Below the pieces are notes generated by a model. It was given only the letters and a program-made list of their open reading frames with translations, made no database searches and had not been told where the DNA came from. Shown piece after piece: positions 1 to 10,982 of a DNA stretch of 64,000 nucleotides. The DNA is from a virus (lineage: Duplodnaviria > Caudoviricetes). Made by a program: the position numbers and the translations under genes. Numbering within the stretch: the stretch's first letter is position 1; the number at the start of each line of letters is the position of its first letter. The DNA lies in the IMG/VR virus record IMGVR_UViG_3300028591_000118, positions 1 through 64,000 of that record. One strand, written 5' to 3'.

Positions 1-89
1 TCTCTATGGAAATTATTATCAAGAGTATATCCTGTAGTTCCATTATTTCTATTTCTAACTTGTATTAAATCATTATCCTTAATAGCCAT
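1..89 (-). CDS. Partial gene after the major capsid gene (MAIKDNDLIQVRNRNNG...), probably a virion/head-associated protein
   Basis: ATG at 89-87 behind an AGGAG RBS; runs off the window edge. Confidence 0.6.
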   Translation of the reverse strand, partial: MAIKDNDLIQVRNRNNGTTGYTLDNNFHR

Positions 90-119
90 AATTATTCTCC
101 TTTTATCTCCTAATACAGA

Positions 120-154
120 AATATGGGGGAAGATTTTACAATCCTCCCCATATT
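120..154 (-). terminator. Intrinsic terminator-like hairpin after the major capsid gene
   Basis: atatggggga...ctccccatat inverted repeat just downstream of the capsid stop. Confidence 0.55.
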
Positions 155-171
155 TCATATATCTAAAAAAC

Positions 172-1197
172 TTATCTCGTTAATGAAGTATTTTCATAAA
201 CGCAGATTGCATTAGAGAAGATAGCTCTTACGCCGACCTTCTTATAGATCTGAACTTCTCTTGAACGGTCGTAGTTAGTGTACTCATCAACGATTGTCTG
301 ACCTTCAAATGCGATCTTAACAGGCTTCTCAGCACCTACAGGGATGATATAAGCATATGCAGGATTGATAACCTTAATAAGGTTCTGTTCATCCTCGTAA
401 GACTGAGGAAGAACAATTACCTGGTGACCCTTGTAGTTAGCAATGTAACCATTGTTCCATCTCTGATTTCTCATTTCATCAGAAACCCAACCAGTTGCAG
501 GAACCATAGTAGCTGCAAATTCATAAGTACAATAGATTGCAGACTTACCATAAGAATCAGCAACGCTGATTAACTTATCCATCTTAGCTTCTACAAAAGC
601 GTTATCCGTAGCAAAGTTACCAGGCTGGATATTTGTAATAGCACCAAGTAACTGCTTCTCAATTTCAACATAAATGCACTCGTCAAGACCTTCAAGAACT
701 ATGTCAAGTACTTCTGCGAAATCAACTCTACCATCAAGCCACTCTTCGAAACCGATCTGAGCAGCACCGCCAATAGCGTTGGTTGTTACTTCATAGCTCT
801 GTCCATCGAGCTTAAATACTTCGTAAAGACCAGCAAGTCCGACCTTACCGATGAACTGCTTAGCACGTCTCTTAGAAGCATTTGTAATCTTCTGTGTAAA
901 TATAGGTTTGTCACCCTGTGCGAAGGTCTTAATATCAGCGAACTGTGAATACTGTTCCATAACCTTCTGAGGAAGAACATCGTCTATAGTCTGCTCTAAA
1001 AGAGCAAATACTGTATTCTTATTTTCTCTATAAAGTGAATAAGTACCAGCTATCTCCTTAAACTCTTCACGAAGAGTATCTTGGAGTTCGTCATAGCTAA
1101 ACTTCTTCTCGCCATAGCTGTAAGCAGTAGGAGCAGAAGGATTAGCTTTTGCGACAGTCTTAGCTAAAGTAAGCATATCTTTAAATTCTAAAGCCAT
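172..1197 (-). CDS. Major capsid protein
   Basis: 341 aa, GGAGG RBS, last large gene in the order terminase-portal-protease/scaffold-decoration; codon usage looks like a highly expressed gene. Confidence 0.75.
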   Translation of the reverse strand: MALEFKDMLTLAKTVAKANPSAPTAYSYGEKKFSYDELQDTLREEFKEIAGTYSLYRENKNTVFALLEQTIDDVLPQKVMEQYSQFADIKTFAQGDKPIFTQKITNASKRRAKQFIGKVGLAGLYEVFKLDGQSYEVTTNAIGGAAQIGFEEWLDGRVDFAEVLDIVLEGLDECIYVEIEKQLLGAITNIQPGNFATDNAFVEAKMDKLISVADSYGKSAIYCTYEFAATMVPATGWVSDEMRNQRWNNGYIANYKGHQVIVLPQSYEDEQNLIKVINPAYAYIIPVGAEKPVKIAFEGQTIVDEYTNYDRSREVQIYKKVGVRAIFSNAICVYENTSLTR

Positions 1198-1214
1198 TCT
1201 TTTTTCCTCCTATC

Positions 1215-1916
1215 TTACTGTACTCTCTGGATCTTAAGTCCAGGCTGTCCATCAGGCATTGAATACTCCTTAACAACAACCCAAATCATACCAGTTGTAG
1301 CGTTGTTATCAATATCAAGAACAAGTGTATTTGTATTAACGTCCTTAACAGGAACTAACTTATCACCAACTTTATAAGAAGTACCACCCTGAGCGATTGT
1401 TACCATGTTTGTTGTATAAATATCGCCTACATTTGTCTTAAACAGACGAGGTGCCATACCATCCATGTGATATGGATACTCTGTATGACCAGTAGTATTA
1501 GCGGCACTAGGCGGATTTGTTGTACTAGGAACAACGCCTATATTATCAGCACCATCACCATAACCAGCAGTAGCTAGCTTAGATGTTACATAATTCTCAC
1601 CCTTTATAACTGTAGGCGGTGTTGTAGAGTTATCAATATGATTAACTCTAATCATTGCGAAATCCTTATATGAAGTTCTCCAGAAAGGCTCGTAAAGCTT
1701 TATCTCATTAAATACAAGCATCGGCTCAGCAACACCTGTTGAGTCATCAGCAGAAACCTTACCAGTGGCATAATCATAATACATGAATTCACCATTCTGG
1801 AGTACATCTACAGCAGTATCAAGGGGAAGGCTAGCATAAATCTGACCAGTCTTCTGAGCTGAAAGCTGATTAGGCTCTACCTGACCATAGCCATTTCTTG
1901 TCATTGTAATAGCCAT
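1215..1916 (-). CDS. Capsid-associated (decoration/cement-like) structural protein
   Basis: Lies between scaffold and capsid; GYGQVEPN N-terminus and MPDGQPGLKIQ C-terminus resemble proteins at this position in large Firmicute phages. Confidence 0.55.
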   Translation of the reverse strand: MAITMTRNGYGQVEPNQLSAQKTGQIYASLPLDTAVDVLQNGEFMYYDYATGKVSADDSTGVAEPMLVFNEIKLYEPFWRTSYKDFAMIRVNHIDNSTTPPTVIKGENYVTSKLATAGYGDGADNIGVVPSTTNPPSAANTTGHTEYPYHMDGMAPRLFKTNVGDIYTTNMVTIAQGGTSYKVGDKLVPVKDVNTNTLVLDIDNNATTGMIWVVVKEYSMPDGQPGLKIQRVQ

Positions 1917-1937
1917 TTATTTTTTCCTCCTTCAATA

Positions 1938-3311
1938 TTAGTCCTTATTCTTTCTCTCTTCCACTGCTTTTAACCAAGCGGGAACCACTTCAACATCGGG
2001 CTGAAGATTATAAAGATTAGGAACTTCTTCTTTTACTTCATCATCGAGATTGAAATTTACTTTCTTTCTCACACAAATAACAGATAACTTACTCTCTATA
2101 TCTTCTAAAGAGTACTCTGCTTTATGCTCTATTACATCTGCCTTATCTTCATCAGACAGCATATAGAAAGAATTTATAAGAGCGTCTTTTTCTTTAGCTT
2201 CAACATTGAACTTAAATTCCTTTAATTCAGCATTCTCTTTTTCAAGTAATGAATACTTTTCCTTTAATTCGTTTAACTCATTTTCAACTAAAGAAAAATT
2301 TTCTTCAAGAGTATTCTTTGACTTTGCTTTCTTTTCATCATCATCTGTCTCGTCATCAGATTCTGAATCTTCTTTAGCATCATCAGAGTCATCCTTCTTC
2401 TCTTCATCATTCTTTTTATATTCTTCTATACTATTTTGATTTTCAGAGTTATTCTCTTCATCTGTATTGCCCATGTCATCTAAAATTTTTTCTTCTTCTG
2501 CCGCAGGTGCCTCTTCAACGACATTTTCCGCACCTTCTACAACAGGATCGACATTTTCTTCAACAACAGGCTCTACTACTTGAGTATTCTCTTCCATTGT
2601 TTGTCCTCCTTTATTTTGACATAAAGTAAGCTCTTTTAAATCTTTCATCATAGAATACAATGTCTTCGTAAAGTTTTCATCTTTACTGAAAGTAGAACTT
2701 ACATCAGGAGCAGTTACTGAAGCACCTTCAAAGCAAGGTTCTACATCCTCTCCTAAAATACATAGTTTAGAAAAAATTGCGTCATTTATTATAAAAAAGT
2801 CAATACCCTTATTATTATCGGTTGACCAATGACCCTTTAAAGTTTTCGTATCAAGTTCCATTGATTGCGGACGACCTTCATTTAAAACCTTCAAAGCTTC
2901 TTCATATTGCTCTGTCCAAAGGTATCCTTCTGTCATAAGATATGTACGAACTACAGTATTTCCAAATTCATCAGTATCTTCAAAATCTTGAAACCAAATC
3001 TTAGTATCAGGAGCGACAAATCCATAAGGAGTGGTTAAACATTTAAATTTAACTCCGTCTCCGTCTATAATCATTTGATCTCCATGATCTCTAAAATCTT
3101 CTTGCGTTTCACTATAATAACCAACAATAGGAGTTCCTGGTAAGGTTTGTGCCATCTGAGTAGCTACTTCCTTAGTAATAAAACTCCCATTGCGGTTCCC
3201 GCCTAAATATAAAACCTTAATTTCACATTTAGAAGCAAATGGACTTATTCCTTCAATATTAATGAATTCTGGAGAAGATATCGTAGCAACACTTAATCTA
3301 TTAGTAGCCAT
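1938..3311 (-). CDS. Prohead protease/scaffold fusion
   Basis: N-terminal protease-like motifs (NRNGSFI, GYLW, QSMEL, LCILGEDVEPCFEGA) followed by an acidic coiled-coil scaffold; an internal RBS+ATG (MEENTQ...) suggests a nested scaffold. Confidence 0.75.
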   Translation of the reverse strand: MATNRLSVATISSPEFINIEGISPFASKCEIKVLYLGGNRNGSFITKEVATQMAQTLPGTPIVGYYSETQEDFRDHGDQMIIDGDGVKFKCLTTPYGFVAPDTKIWFQDFEDTDEFGNTVVRTYLMTEGYLWTEQYEEALKVLNEGRPQSMELDTKTLKGHWSTDNNKGIDFFIINDAIFSKLCILGEDVEPCFEGASVTAPDVSSTFSKDENFTKTLYSMMKDLKELTLCQNKGGQTMEENTQVVEPVVEENVDPVVEGAENVVEEAPAAEEEKILDDMGNTDEENNSENQNSIEEYKKNDEEKKDDSDDAKEDSESDDETDDDEKKAKSKNTLEENFSLVENELNELKEKYSLLEKENAELKEFKFNVEAKEKDALINSFYMLSDEDKADVIEHKAEYSLEDIESKLSVICVRKKVNFNLDDEVKEEVPNLYNLQPDVEVVPAWLKAVEERKNKD

Positions 3312-3320
3312 AATTCCTCC

Positions 3321-4952
3321 TTAACCCATTGATTCCAAATTTTTAATTGTTTTTTCTGATTTTTGGTCATCAGCTAATTCCTTGCGGCCAGCACCTTCTG
3401 AAGATTCTCCAGGCTTGCCATTCCCGCCTTGGGACTGGCTTCCCGCACCTTTTACTCTATTAAGAATATTCTCATTCATAGTAGAACTCATTAAAGGAGG
3501 AATAAATACATTAACCAAATCAAGTATGTCATTTTCAAAGTAAGCATTTGCTAAAATACAACTTTGAGTTTGACCCAATGCAATTTGAGGTAACATCTTT
3601 GAGAAACCTACTTGCATTTGTTCTTTATATAATTTAGATAAATCTTTATAATTATAAATTGTTGTAGTTAATAATTGAACTTTATATTCTACCTTTTTTG
3701 GATTTTTATTTAAAGGTTTTAATAATTCATTTAAAAATTCTTCAAATTGAAGTAACATATTATACATTGTTGCTTCATCATTAAGAATCGACTTTTCTAA
3801 TGCTATATTTCCATCTGTATTAAACTGATTTTGCGATACGCCACCTTCATTATAAACTTGACGTTCAACTCTAGCTAAATCATCTGTTTGAGCCGCTGCC
3901 TGATTCTCAACCATACTCTCTACAGATACATCTGCAAATGTAGTTAATACATCAACACCAATAGCACGACTTAACATTTGAACTGCATTATTATGAAGTT
4001 GTTGTGCTTCATCTATATCAAATATTAATTCGCCATTTTTATCCAATGGCATTTGCTGAACCACAATTTTCATCAATCTCTGTAATGTCTTTTTCTTATC
4101 TAATTCTCTAGCTTCATCTAGATCAATAAGTAAAGGAATTATAGAGATAAATGCAGGATATTCTTTTCCATTAGCAGTAAATCTTACTGTCATTTCAGGA
4201 TCTAATAAATACCAACCGCCGGTATCTCCAGAATACTCTGGAGGTAGCTTTCCTTGCTTATATAAAGCATAACCTTTTCTAAATTCATCTGGAAACAGTT
4301 TTAGCACTCTCATTCTTTGAATAGTATCTCTAAACTGTTCATCAAAATACTTCATATTAAATTCTACAGCAGGCTTTTTGCCTTTAAAGAATCTAGTTCT
4401 ACAATAGTTAACTGGCAATTCTTGTAGAACAGTAGAAGTATCGTTATTATTTATTGGAACTTTATATCCATAGTAAGCTCCATAAGTTAATATCTCAAGT
4501 GCAATTTCTCCAAAAGTCTTTTTAACATCAAAATCATCTAATACTTTTAAACTTTTATGAAAACCATCCATTAATTTTTCTTTTTTAATAGATTCATCAT
4601 TTACAAAAGGAGTAACCATCCAATCGTAACGATACATAAAAGCTAAATATCTTAAAATACGAGAATAAATACCACTTATTTCATACCAGAATTCAGATAT
4701 TTCTCGCATTGCAATTAAATCTCGATTTTTAATTGACATTAAAACATGATGTTTATCACATAATCTCGGATTAACTTTCTTTAAATCGCCTAACTTAAGA
4801 ATTGCATCATCAAGAGTTTTAGCTCCAACTTTTATATTATTAAAATCTGAAGCTGGAGCTCCTTGATAACCTGTAAAGGCGGGAACGGTATTTACCTTTG
4901 GTACATTTATATTAAAGCCTTTTGCTTTAATTTCTTCAACTCTATTACGCAA
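3321..4952 (-). CDS. Portal protein
   Basis: 543 aa between terminase and protease; low-complexity C-terminal tail (GAGRKELADDQKSEKT). Confidence 0.7.
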   Translation of the reverse strand: MRNRVEEIKAKGFNINVPKVNTVPAFTGYQGAPASDFNNIKVGAKTLDDAILKLGDLKKVNPRLCDKHHVLMSIKNRDLIAMREISEFWYEISGIYSRILRYLAFMYRYDWMVTPFVNDESIKKEKLMDGFHKSLKVLDDFDVKKTFGEIALEILTYGAYYGYKVPINNNDTSTVLQELPVNYCRTRFFKGKKPAVEFNMKYFDEQFRDTIQRMRVLKLFPDEFRKGYALYKQGKLPPEYSGDTGGWYLLDPEMTVRFTANGKEYPAFISIIPLLIDLDEARELDKKKTLQRLMKIVVQQMPLDKNGELIFDIDEAQQLHNNAVQMLSRAIGVDVLTTFADVSVESMVENQAAAQTDDLARVERQVYNEGGVSQNQFNTDGNIALEKSILNDEATMYNMLLQFEEFLNELLKPLNKNPKKVEYKVQLLTTTIYNYKDLSKLYKEQMQVGFSKMLPQIALGQTQSCILANAYFENDILDLVNVFIPPLMSSTMNENILNRVKGAGSQSQGGNGKPGESSEGAGRKELADDQKSEKTIKNLESMG

Positions 4953-5037
4953 AGGGATACCTCCTTAAAATCTCTATTTTAATTATAGCATAAATTTTTT
5001 TAAAAATCAAGTAATATAAATCTACTTATTTTTAAAA

Positions 5038-5394
5038 TTAATAACCAGCAGCTTTCATAATATAATCATAATCAACAAATGTTTCATCCCAATAAGGAAT
5101 AATCACTAATGTGTAACCATGAGTTGCACAATAACTTCTTTTTTGAGCATCATTATATTTTTGTCTATATAAACCTTTTGCACCGCCAAACTTTGATTTT
5201 GCTTCATAATGCTGTTCACCTTGAAACTCAATTAAAAAATCAAGATCTCCATCATCATCAAATACAGCAAAATCAAATCTAAGTGGTCTTCCGCTACTAG
5301 ACACTAAATCAGGAAAACTATATTCTTCTTGGAAATTTAATCCAGCTGCTTGTAAAATTTCTTCTATTTTAATTTCTCCTCTAGAAGCTCGCAT
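5038..5394 (-). CDS. Vsr/DUF559-like PD-(D/E)XK endonuclease
   Basis: SRGE..I, LRFDFAV, LIEFQGEQHY and IPYW motifs. Confidence 0.7.
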   Translation of the reverse strand: MRASRGEIKIEEILQAAGLNFQEEYSFPDLVSSSGRPLRFDFAVFDDDGDLDFLIEFQGEQHYEAKSKFGGAKGLYRQKYNDAQKRSYCATHGYTLVIIPYWDETFVDYDYIMKAAGY

Positions 5395-5458
5395 ATTTCC
5401 ATCCTTTACTTAAATATATTTTTTAAAGTAATTTATTTATCTTGTGTTGCCCAACTTT

Positions 5459-7237
5459 TTAACTAAAAAATAACATTTTTGATATATCCCTCTTCCGCCT
5501 TTTCCTAGCTAAATCTTCTTCCTTTTTAATATAATACAAACCATAAATAAAAGCAGAAAATTTATCCTTCTTAATACCTTTATTACTTTGTTTAAGAATA
5601 ATATTAATACCTTCATTTTCTTCTGTAAGGTTTAACAGCTGTTCTCTTAAAATAGAAGTTAAAACAAAAGGCTGTAAATATTCATTTCTTTGATCTGAAT
5701 TATAAGTTTGTCCTTTTTTAGTGGAAAGCAATTTAGCTTTAGCCTGTTGTTCATCAATCAAGAATTTCACCTTCCCGCTTGACATTTGCGTTTGAGTATA
5801 AGAATAAGCTTCTGTATTAATTGGGGCATTCGCTTTTATTAAATACATTGCATTTTCTTCTACTCCAGGCCCTTTAATCTTTTTATAAAGATTAACAGTA
5901 TCTTCTGCAGTCCCATCTTCAACACCAAATGGCGGCAATTCATCTCCTGTTTCCGGATCAATTTGTGCTTTTGTCATAAAGTCAATCAATCCAACACCAA
6001 GACCATTTGCATCAATAGCAAGAATTCTTGCTTTATATTTATAATATAATCTTTTTAAATTAATAGCTTGTGTTTCAAAATCTTCCGCCTCATAAGTATA
6101 AATATTAACAAGTGTTTTTAAATGAGATCCCTGAGGTTGCGGAGTTGCTTTAAATATACATGCCTCTGTTGTACATCCAATACGCCCAACGTCCACTCCA
6201 ATAACATAATAAGCTGATTGAGACGATCTCCCGCTATATTCATACTCAGGTTGTAATAAAACTCTATGTTTATCAAATTTTTCAGCAGAATAAAAAGCAT
6301 TTTCTACTGAACCAGACCAGATAGATCTATATTCACGATCAAATGATTCATCATTGTAGGTTCCTTGAATTTTTAATTGATCTACAAAATCTTCATCAAG
6401 TAAACCTTCTGTAACAGGAGTTTCATAAGTTCCTCCAATTACCATTACTTCTTTTGGATTTATTACACTTTGAACTAAAAGTTCTACAAGCTTATCATAA
6501 GCAAATGAATTTTTCCATCCTGCTGTAGTAATATAAATCTGACTCTTATTTACATTCTCTTCTTTATGGCGGGAGCCATCTGGTAGAAGTCTATCGACGT
6601 TAGTCGTAGGAATAATAACTTCATTTAAAATATCACCATCAATTAGTACACATTCCTCCATAAGTCCGCCTGTCCGCCTTTGACCTCTGGAAGATTGCCT
6701 TGCCGCCAATATGTCTATACTAGAACCATTTTTAAAAACATATTTAACATCATCTTTAGATTTCTTTGAAACACCACGATCCCAATTTATTTCATTATTA
6801 AGTGCGGGAATCAGCTTACATATTTCCTCTATCTTAGCTATTGTGATACTTGCGGCTTGCTCCTTCCCGCCAGTCGTAACAAATAATTGACTATTTGGAT
6901 AAAGAATGCATCTAAGCATTAAAACCATCATAGATAAAAATGATTTTGAATATGCTCTAGGGAAAGTGGCATATACATACCTATGACGCATTACAACTCT
7001 TAAAAATATCCTTTGATAAAAATAAAAATGAAAATTATTTGGATTATGTGGATTGCTTTCTCCATTCTGATAATCATTATTTTTAAGCATTGCATCAACA
7101 AGATAATCAGGATATTCTCTATAAAAAGAAATTAAATTTCTTAAATGCGGAAGTTGTTCTCTAAGTCTTTCTTCAGATAAACCTTGTTTTAAACTATTCC
7201 TAGATTCGGAAATATCTAATAAATTCTTTAAACTCAT
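5459..7237 (-). CDS. terL: Terminase large subunit
   Basis: Walker A-like PRAYSKS, Walker B-like LMEE, motif III ITTAG, RNase H-like nuclease motifs GVDVGR and KDKFSA. Confidence 0.9.
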   Translation of the reverse strand: MSLKNLLDISESRNSLKQGLSEERLREQLPHLRNLISFYREYPDYLVDAMLKNNDYQNGESNPHNPNNFHFYFYQRIFLRVVMRHRYVYATFPRAYSKSFLSMMVLMLRCILYPNSQLFVTTGGKEQAASITIAKIEEICKLIPALNNEINWDRGVSKKSKDDVKYVFKNGSSIDILAARQSSRGQRRTGGLMEECVLIDGDILNEVIIPTTNVDRLLPDGSRHKEENVNKSQIYITTAGWKNSFAYDKLVELLVQSVINPKEVMVIGGTYETPVTEGLLDEDFVDQLKIQGTYNDESFDREYRSIWSGSVENAFYSAEKFDKHRVLLQPEYEYSGRSSQSAYYVIGVDVGRIGCTTEACIFKATPQPQGSHLKTLVNIYTYEAEDFETQAINLKRLYYKYKARILAIDANGLGVGLIDFMTKAQIDPETGDELPPFGVEDGTAEDTVNLYKKIKGPGVEENAMYLIKANAPINTEAYSYTQTQMSSGKVKFLIDEQQAKAKLLSTKKGQTYNSDQRNEYLQPFVLTSILREQLLNLTEENEGINIILKQSNKGIKKDKFSAFIYGLYYIKKEEDLARKRRKRDISKMLFFS

Positions 7238-7239
7238 TA

Positions 7240-8469
7240 TTATTCCTCCTCTTCTATTTCCTCATTTTGAAGAAGTAGATCTTTCTCACGGTCTTCCGCC
7301 ATTGCTTTTTCAAATTCCAAAAAATCTTTATCTTCTAATTCTACTTGATCAAGACCTTTAGCTCTAGCTTCTTCCCTATCTCGACGCATACTTTCCGCAT
7401 TTTCTTTATTCTTTAAGTATAATTCAATCTCTTCCGCTAATGACTTATCTTCATATATTAAAGTTTTATTATATAATTTTAAATCATCTATTATTTTATC
7501 AATAATATCATAAGGAACTTTTATTTCATATTTAGGTATCTGTCCACCTTCTTTTTCACAGTAAGCAACCATTTCACCAATAGAATCAAGGAAGTCTCCT
7601 TTTTCGGCTTTATTTTGTGCTTCTGTAAATTTAGCAGATTTCATCATTGCATCATAAACTCTAGATAATTTTTGATAAGAATCTACATCTCCGCAGTCTA
7701 TTGCTTGATTCATTTTTAAACTTGTCTTACATATCATTTTAAGAGTATCTTCACGTGCCGCACCTTGAATATCAAAACTATTCATAAAATCATTATATTT
7801 CTGTTCAAGTGTAACCCATTCATCTGCTCTATATAATCTTCCCCATTTCATAGCAAGATAAATTTTATCTTCTTGAGTTAATTGAGCTCCAACGTCTTCT
7901 AATTCAACTTGCTCGAATCCCGCACCTTGAGGATAATGAAAACCATCATTACCATCTTCCGCCTCATCAATTACTTCAGGTGTAGGAGGAACATAAACCG
8001 GCGGAGGCGCTGTTATTTCTTCATATGTTTTAAATTGAGCTTCGGATATTTCTCCTCGTTCCATCGCCTGCCGCATTTCTTCTATCTTGGCTTCCGCAGA
8101 ATCAAAGTCATATCCTTTTAATTTAGCTTTTTCTTCTTCTTCTAATTTTAATCTTTCAGTATCCGCCCAAGTAAAATTTTTCCATTGTTTTAATTTCATC
8201 TTACTAAGATATTTACCAACAATAGAGCAACCAGTAACTTTATGCGGATCTTTAGCATAGGCGCGATCTCTTAAAACATTCCATTCCCGCTCAATATAAG
8301 GAACATCAAATTTTTCTAATATCCATAAATATGTATCTGGTTCAAAATTATTAACATGAAGAGTTAAACAGTTTTTACATAACTCTTCTTTGCTTCCATC
8401 TTTATGAGTATAGAAATTGGTGTCCGCCATAGTCTTTCTACATTTAGGGCAAAAAAGTTGTTCTGGCAT
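7240..8469 (-). CDS. Zn-finger protein, candidate terminase small subunit
   Basis: CPKC...CKNC N-terminus; directly upstream of and closely coupled to terL. Confidence 0.45.
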   Translation of the reverse strand: MPEQLFCPKCRKTMADTNFYTHKDGSKEELCKNCLTLHVNNFEPDTYLWILEKFDVPYIEREWNVLRDRAYAKDPHKVTGCSIVGKYLSKMKLKQWKNFTWADTERLKLEEEEKAKLKGYDFDSAEAKIEEMRQAMERGEISEAQFKTYEEITAPPPVYVPPTPEVIDEAEDGNDGFHYPQGAGFEQVELEDVGAQLTQEDKIYLAMKWGRLYRADEWVTLEQKYNDFMNSFDIQGAAREDTLKMICKTSLKMNQAIDCGDVDSYQKLSRVYDAMMKSAKFTEAQNKAEKGDFLDSIGEMVAYCEKEGGQIPKYEIKVPYDIIDKIIDDLKLYNKTLIYEDKSLAEEIELYLKNKENAESMRRDREEARAKGLDQVELEDKDFLEFEKAMAEDREKDLLLQNEEIEEEE

Positions 8470-8471
8470 AA

Positions 8472-9563
8472 TTAATCATTCACCGCCTTTTTCTTATTTC
8501 TACATTCTTTACATATACTATACCAACCATCTTTGCTGGTACTATTCTTTGAAAAAAAGTGGTTATGTGCTAATTTAATTTGACCACACCTACTACATTT
8601 TTTATATTTACCTTTTTCTTCTTGTAAGAAATGCCAATCTAACCAATTATTAGCAGCTCTTTCCGCCAATAATTTAGGTATTTTATTTCTCCATAAAGAT
8701 GAAAGATATTCAGGCGAATGCCGCACACCATAATCTATTTCAATTAATTCTTGTATTTTAGCATTAGATAATCCATCTATTTTATATATTAATAAATCAT
8801 AATAAAGAGGATAGGCTTCCCGCAATGTTTCTTCAATAAGATTATCTAAATCTTCCATCATCCATTTAATATCGCTACTAAAACGATCCCAATTATCTTC
8901 TTTTATTTTTGCATAGTTACATAAGAGAAGTGATATATGTGTTGGATTATATAAATTAATAATACCATTACTATGAACTTCACCATTCGCATCTATTGTT
9001 ATTTTTTCGCTCAAGTCCATGCGGGAGAGGCTCTTTATGGTGTTACTTGATCCTATTGTTTGTTTATATGCGGTACGGAGGATGTATTGATCATAACGCA
9101 TTTCTATTAATTGCTTGCGGAGGAGGTATGCTCTTTGTCCGCGGGCGGCGGCGCATTCCGCCTCAATCTTAGCTATGTTTTCCTGCATCTCCAGCATTCC
9201 AGGGATAGTTTCTATTTCTTCTTTTGTTATTGGGTTTTTTGGGGCAAAAATAATATTTTTATCATTGGCTATCATATTATAGATACCATCTTCCCCATTT
9301 TCTAATTTACCAATTAAACCTTCAAATGATAGCTCTCTCTTTTTAACTGTTACCATATGATTGTTTGTTAAAATATAATTTTTCTTTCTTTCTTTCTTTT
9401 CTATTGGTACTACGATATATTCTGCTAATTTATCTAAATAATATGGAGTTAATCGTTCTGAAGGAGTATTAGCTATTATTTCTTTTACTTTGATGACACG
9501 CTCTTCTGGTGTTTCTAATGAGTAATCCATTTTGATATACTCAAAATCTTTTTTCTGTTCCAT
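8472..9563 (-). CDS. HTH + Zn-ribbon protein, candidate transcription regulator/sigma-like factor
   Basis: Sigma-region-4-like segment DGLSNAKIQELI...SPEYLSSLW; C-terminal CSRC...CKEC; SigA promoter (TTGACA...TGATATAAT) on the minus strand at ~9588-9617. Confidence 0.45.
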   Translation of the reverse strand: MEQKKDFEYIKMDYSLETPEERVIKVKEIIANTPSERLTPYYLDKLAEYIVVPIEKKERKKNYILTNNHMVTVKKRELSFEGLIGKLENGEDGIYNMIANDKNIIFAPKNPITKEEIETIPGMLEMQENIAKIEAECAAARGQRAYLLRKQLIEMRYDQYILRTAYKQTIGSSNTIKSLSRMDLSEKITIDANGEVHSNGIINLYNPTHISLLLCNYAKIKEDNWDRFSSDIKWMMEDLDNLIEETLREAYPLYYDLLIYKIDGLSNAKIQELIEIDYGVRHSPEYLSSLWRNKIPKLLAERAANNWLDWHFLQEEKGKYKKCSRCGQIKLAHNHFFSKNSTSKDGWYSICKECRNKKKAVND

Positions 9564-10161
9564 TGTAATCTAATCTCCTTTCTACATTATTATATCAAAA
9601 ATTTTTCAAAATGTCAACTAGTAAGCCTTCGGCTTACTAGGTCATTGTCGTTTTAATATGTAGGAATTGCGTATGTATATTTTTAAATCGTATTTTATAA
9701 AAATGATTTTTTTATCGTATTCCCAATTTGAAAAAATATTTGGAGAGGGGACCGTGTTTTAATTTTGAAAAATTATTTGGAGAGAGTTTGGTCGAGCCCA
9801 AACCCAATTTCACTTTTTTCTAAATAAAAATCCCGAAATACACCCCCCGGAATGTTGTGTAGGAACGCTGTGTAGTCACGCATCCAGAAAAAAAGCAACC
9901 CTCCTAACAAACCCCGTCAAAATAAGACTGCTGCCAAGATAAGAGAGTAAGATACAACAAGAGAGTGAATGAGTGAGTTGATGAGACAAACAACATAACA
10001 AGAGAGAAAGATAAAGGAAAGAGATAGAATATATAAATAAATAATCAACAAGAGAAGAAAGATAATATTAATTGATGACAGATACTAATTGTGCGGGAAG
10101 TCGTTAGGTGCATCGAGCCGTTGCCGAATGGTGCAACTTCGCGCAACGGCCGGATTCGCCC

Positions 10162-10281
10162 ACCCGCATAATATCAGGGTTTTTTCATTCCACAAACCCG
10201 GTGTTTATCAGCGTTTCACGGATCCCGCAAAGAAACCCAGTATTTATGCGGGCTCGCGGATCCAGTATTTATGCGGGTTTC
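10162..10281. repeat. Four imperfect copies of AAACCCAGTATTTATGCGGGTTT (first one inverted)
   Basis: acccgcataatatcagggttt (10162), aaacccggtgtttatcagcgtttc (10194), aaacccagtatttatgcggg (10234), ccagtatttatgcgggtttc (10262). Confidence 0.75.
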
Positions 10282-10475
10282 AGCCGGTGAGTTTGTTTCT
10301 TGTAGGTGTGTATTTTTTAGGATTCTATCGAAAAAGATATATTTCTGTATTAGTGTTACATCAAAATAAAAGCAAAATCTTTTTATTTTTTTATCAAAAT
10401 AGTTGTAGACAAACGTGTTAGAATGTGATATATTATAATCAAGGAAAGGGAAATACAGAAAGAGAGGTAAAGGAT

Positions 10476-10625
10476 ATGACAAACACAAAGACTTACAGAA
10501 AAGAGTTTCAGTACAGAGGACAACAGATAAATTACTTCAACAAGGTTCGTGCCAATGCTAATGTAAAGAACGCAACAATGTACATCACAGCTGATGGTAG
10601 AAAAGTTGTAGAATACAACTACTAA
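10476..10625 (+). CDS. Small hypothetical protein
   Basis: Promoter, GAGAGG RBS and ATG at 10476. Confidence 0.65.
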   Translation: MTNTKTYRKEFQYRGQQINYFNKVRANANVKNATMYITADGRKVVEYNY

Positions 10626-10982
10626 AAAAATAAGGAGGTTAATAAAATGAAAAAATATATAGTAAGTATTTTTGATGGCTCATCTACAACAAAGTACATC
10701 ACCGAAGATGTAGATATCTACAGAGCTGAGAATAAGATAGTAAAGTATCACACAGGACTAAAAAGAGATATAATAAAAGTTGAAACGACAGAGATAAGAG
10801 GTTGAAAAATCTCTTATCTTGCGCGCGTCGCAGGCGAATCCACAGCATTCGCCAAGACGCGAATTTTGCGCTTTTGTGCAATATTGCTAAAAAATGGATC
10901 ACAATTTTGTTTATTTTGCTACTTGCATTTTATCCCGTTATGGTGTATAGTATAATCAGAAAGAGGAAAGGAGGACTTGCAA

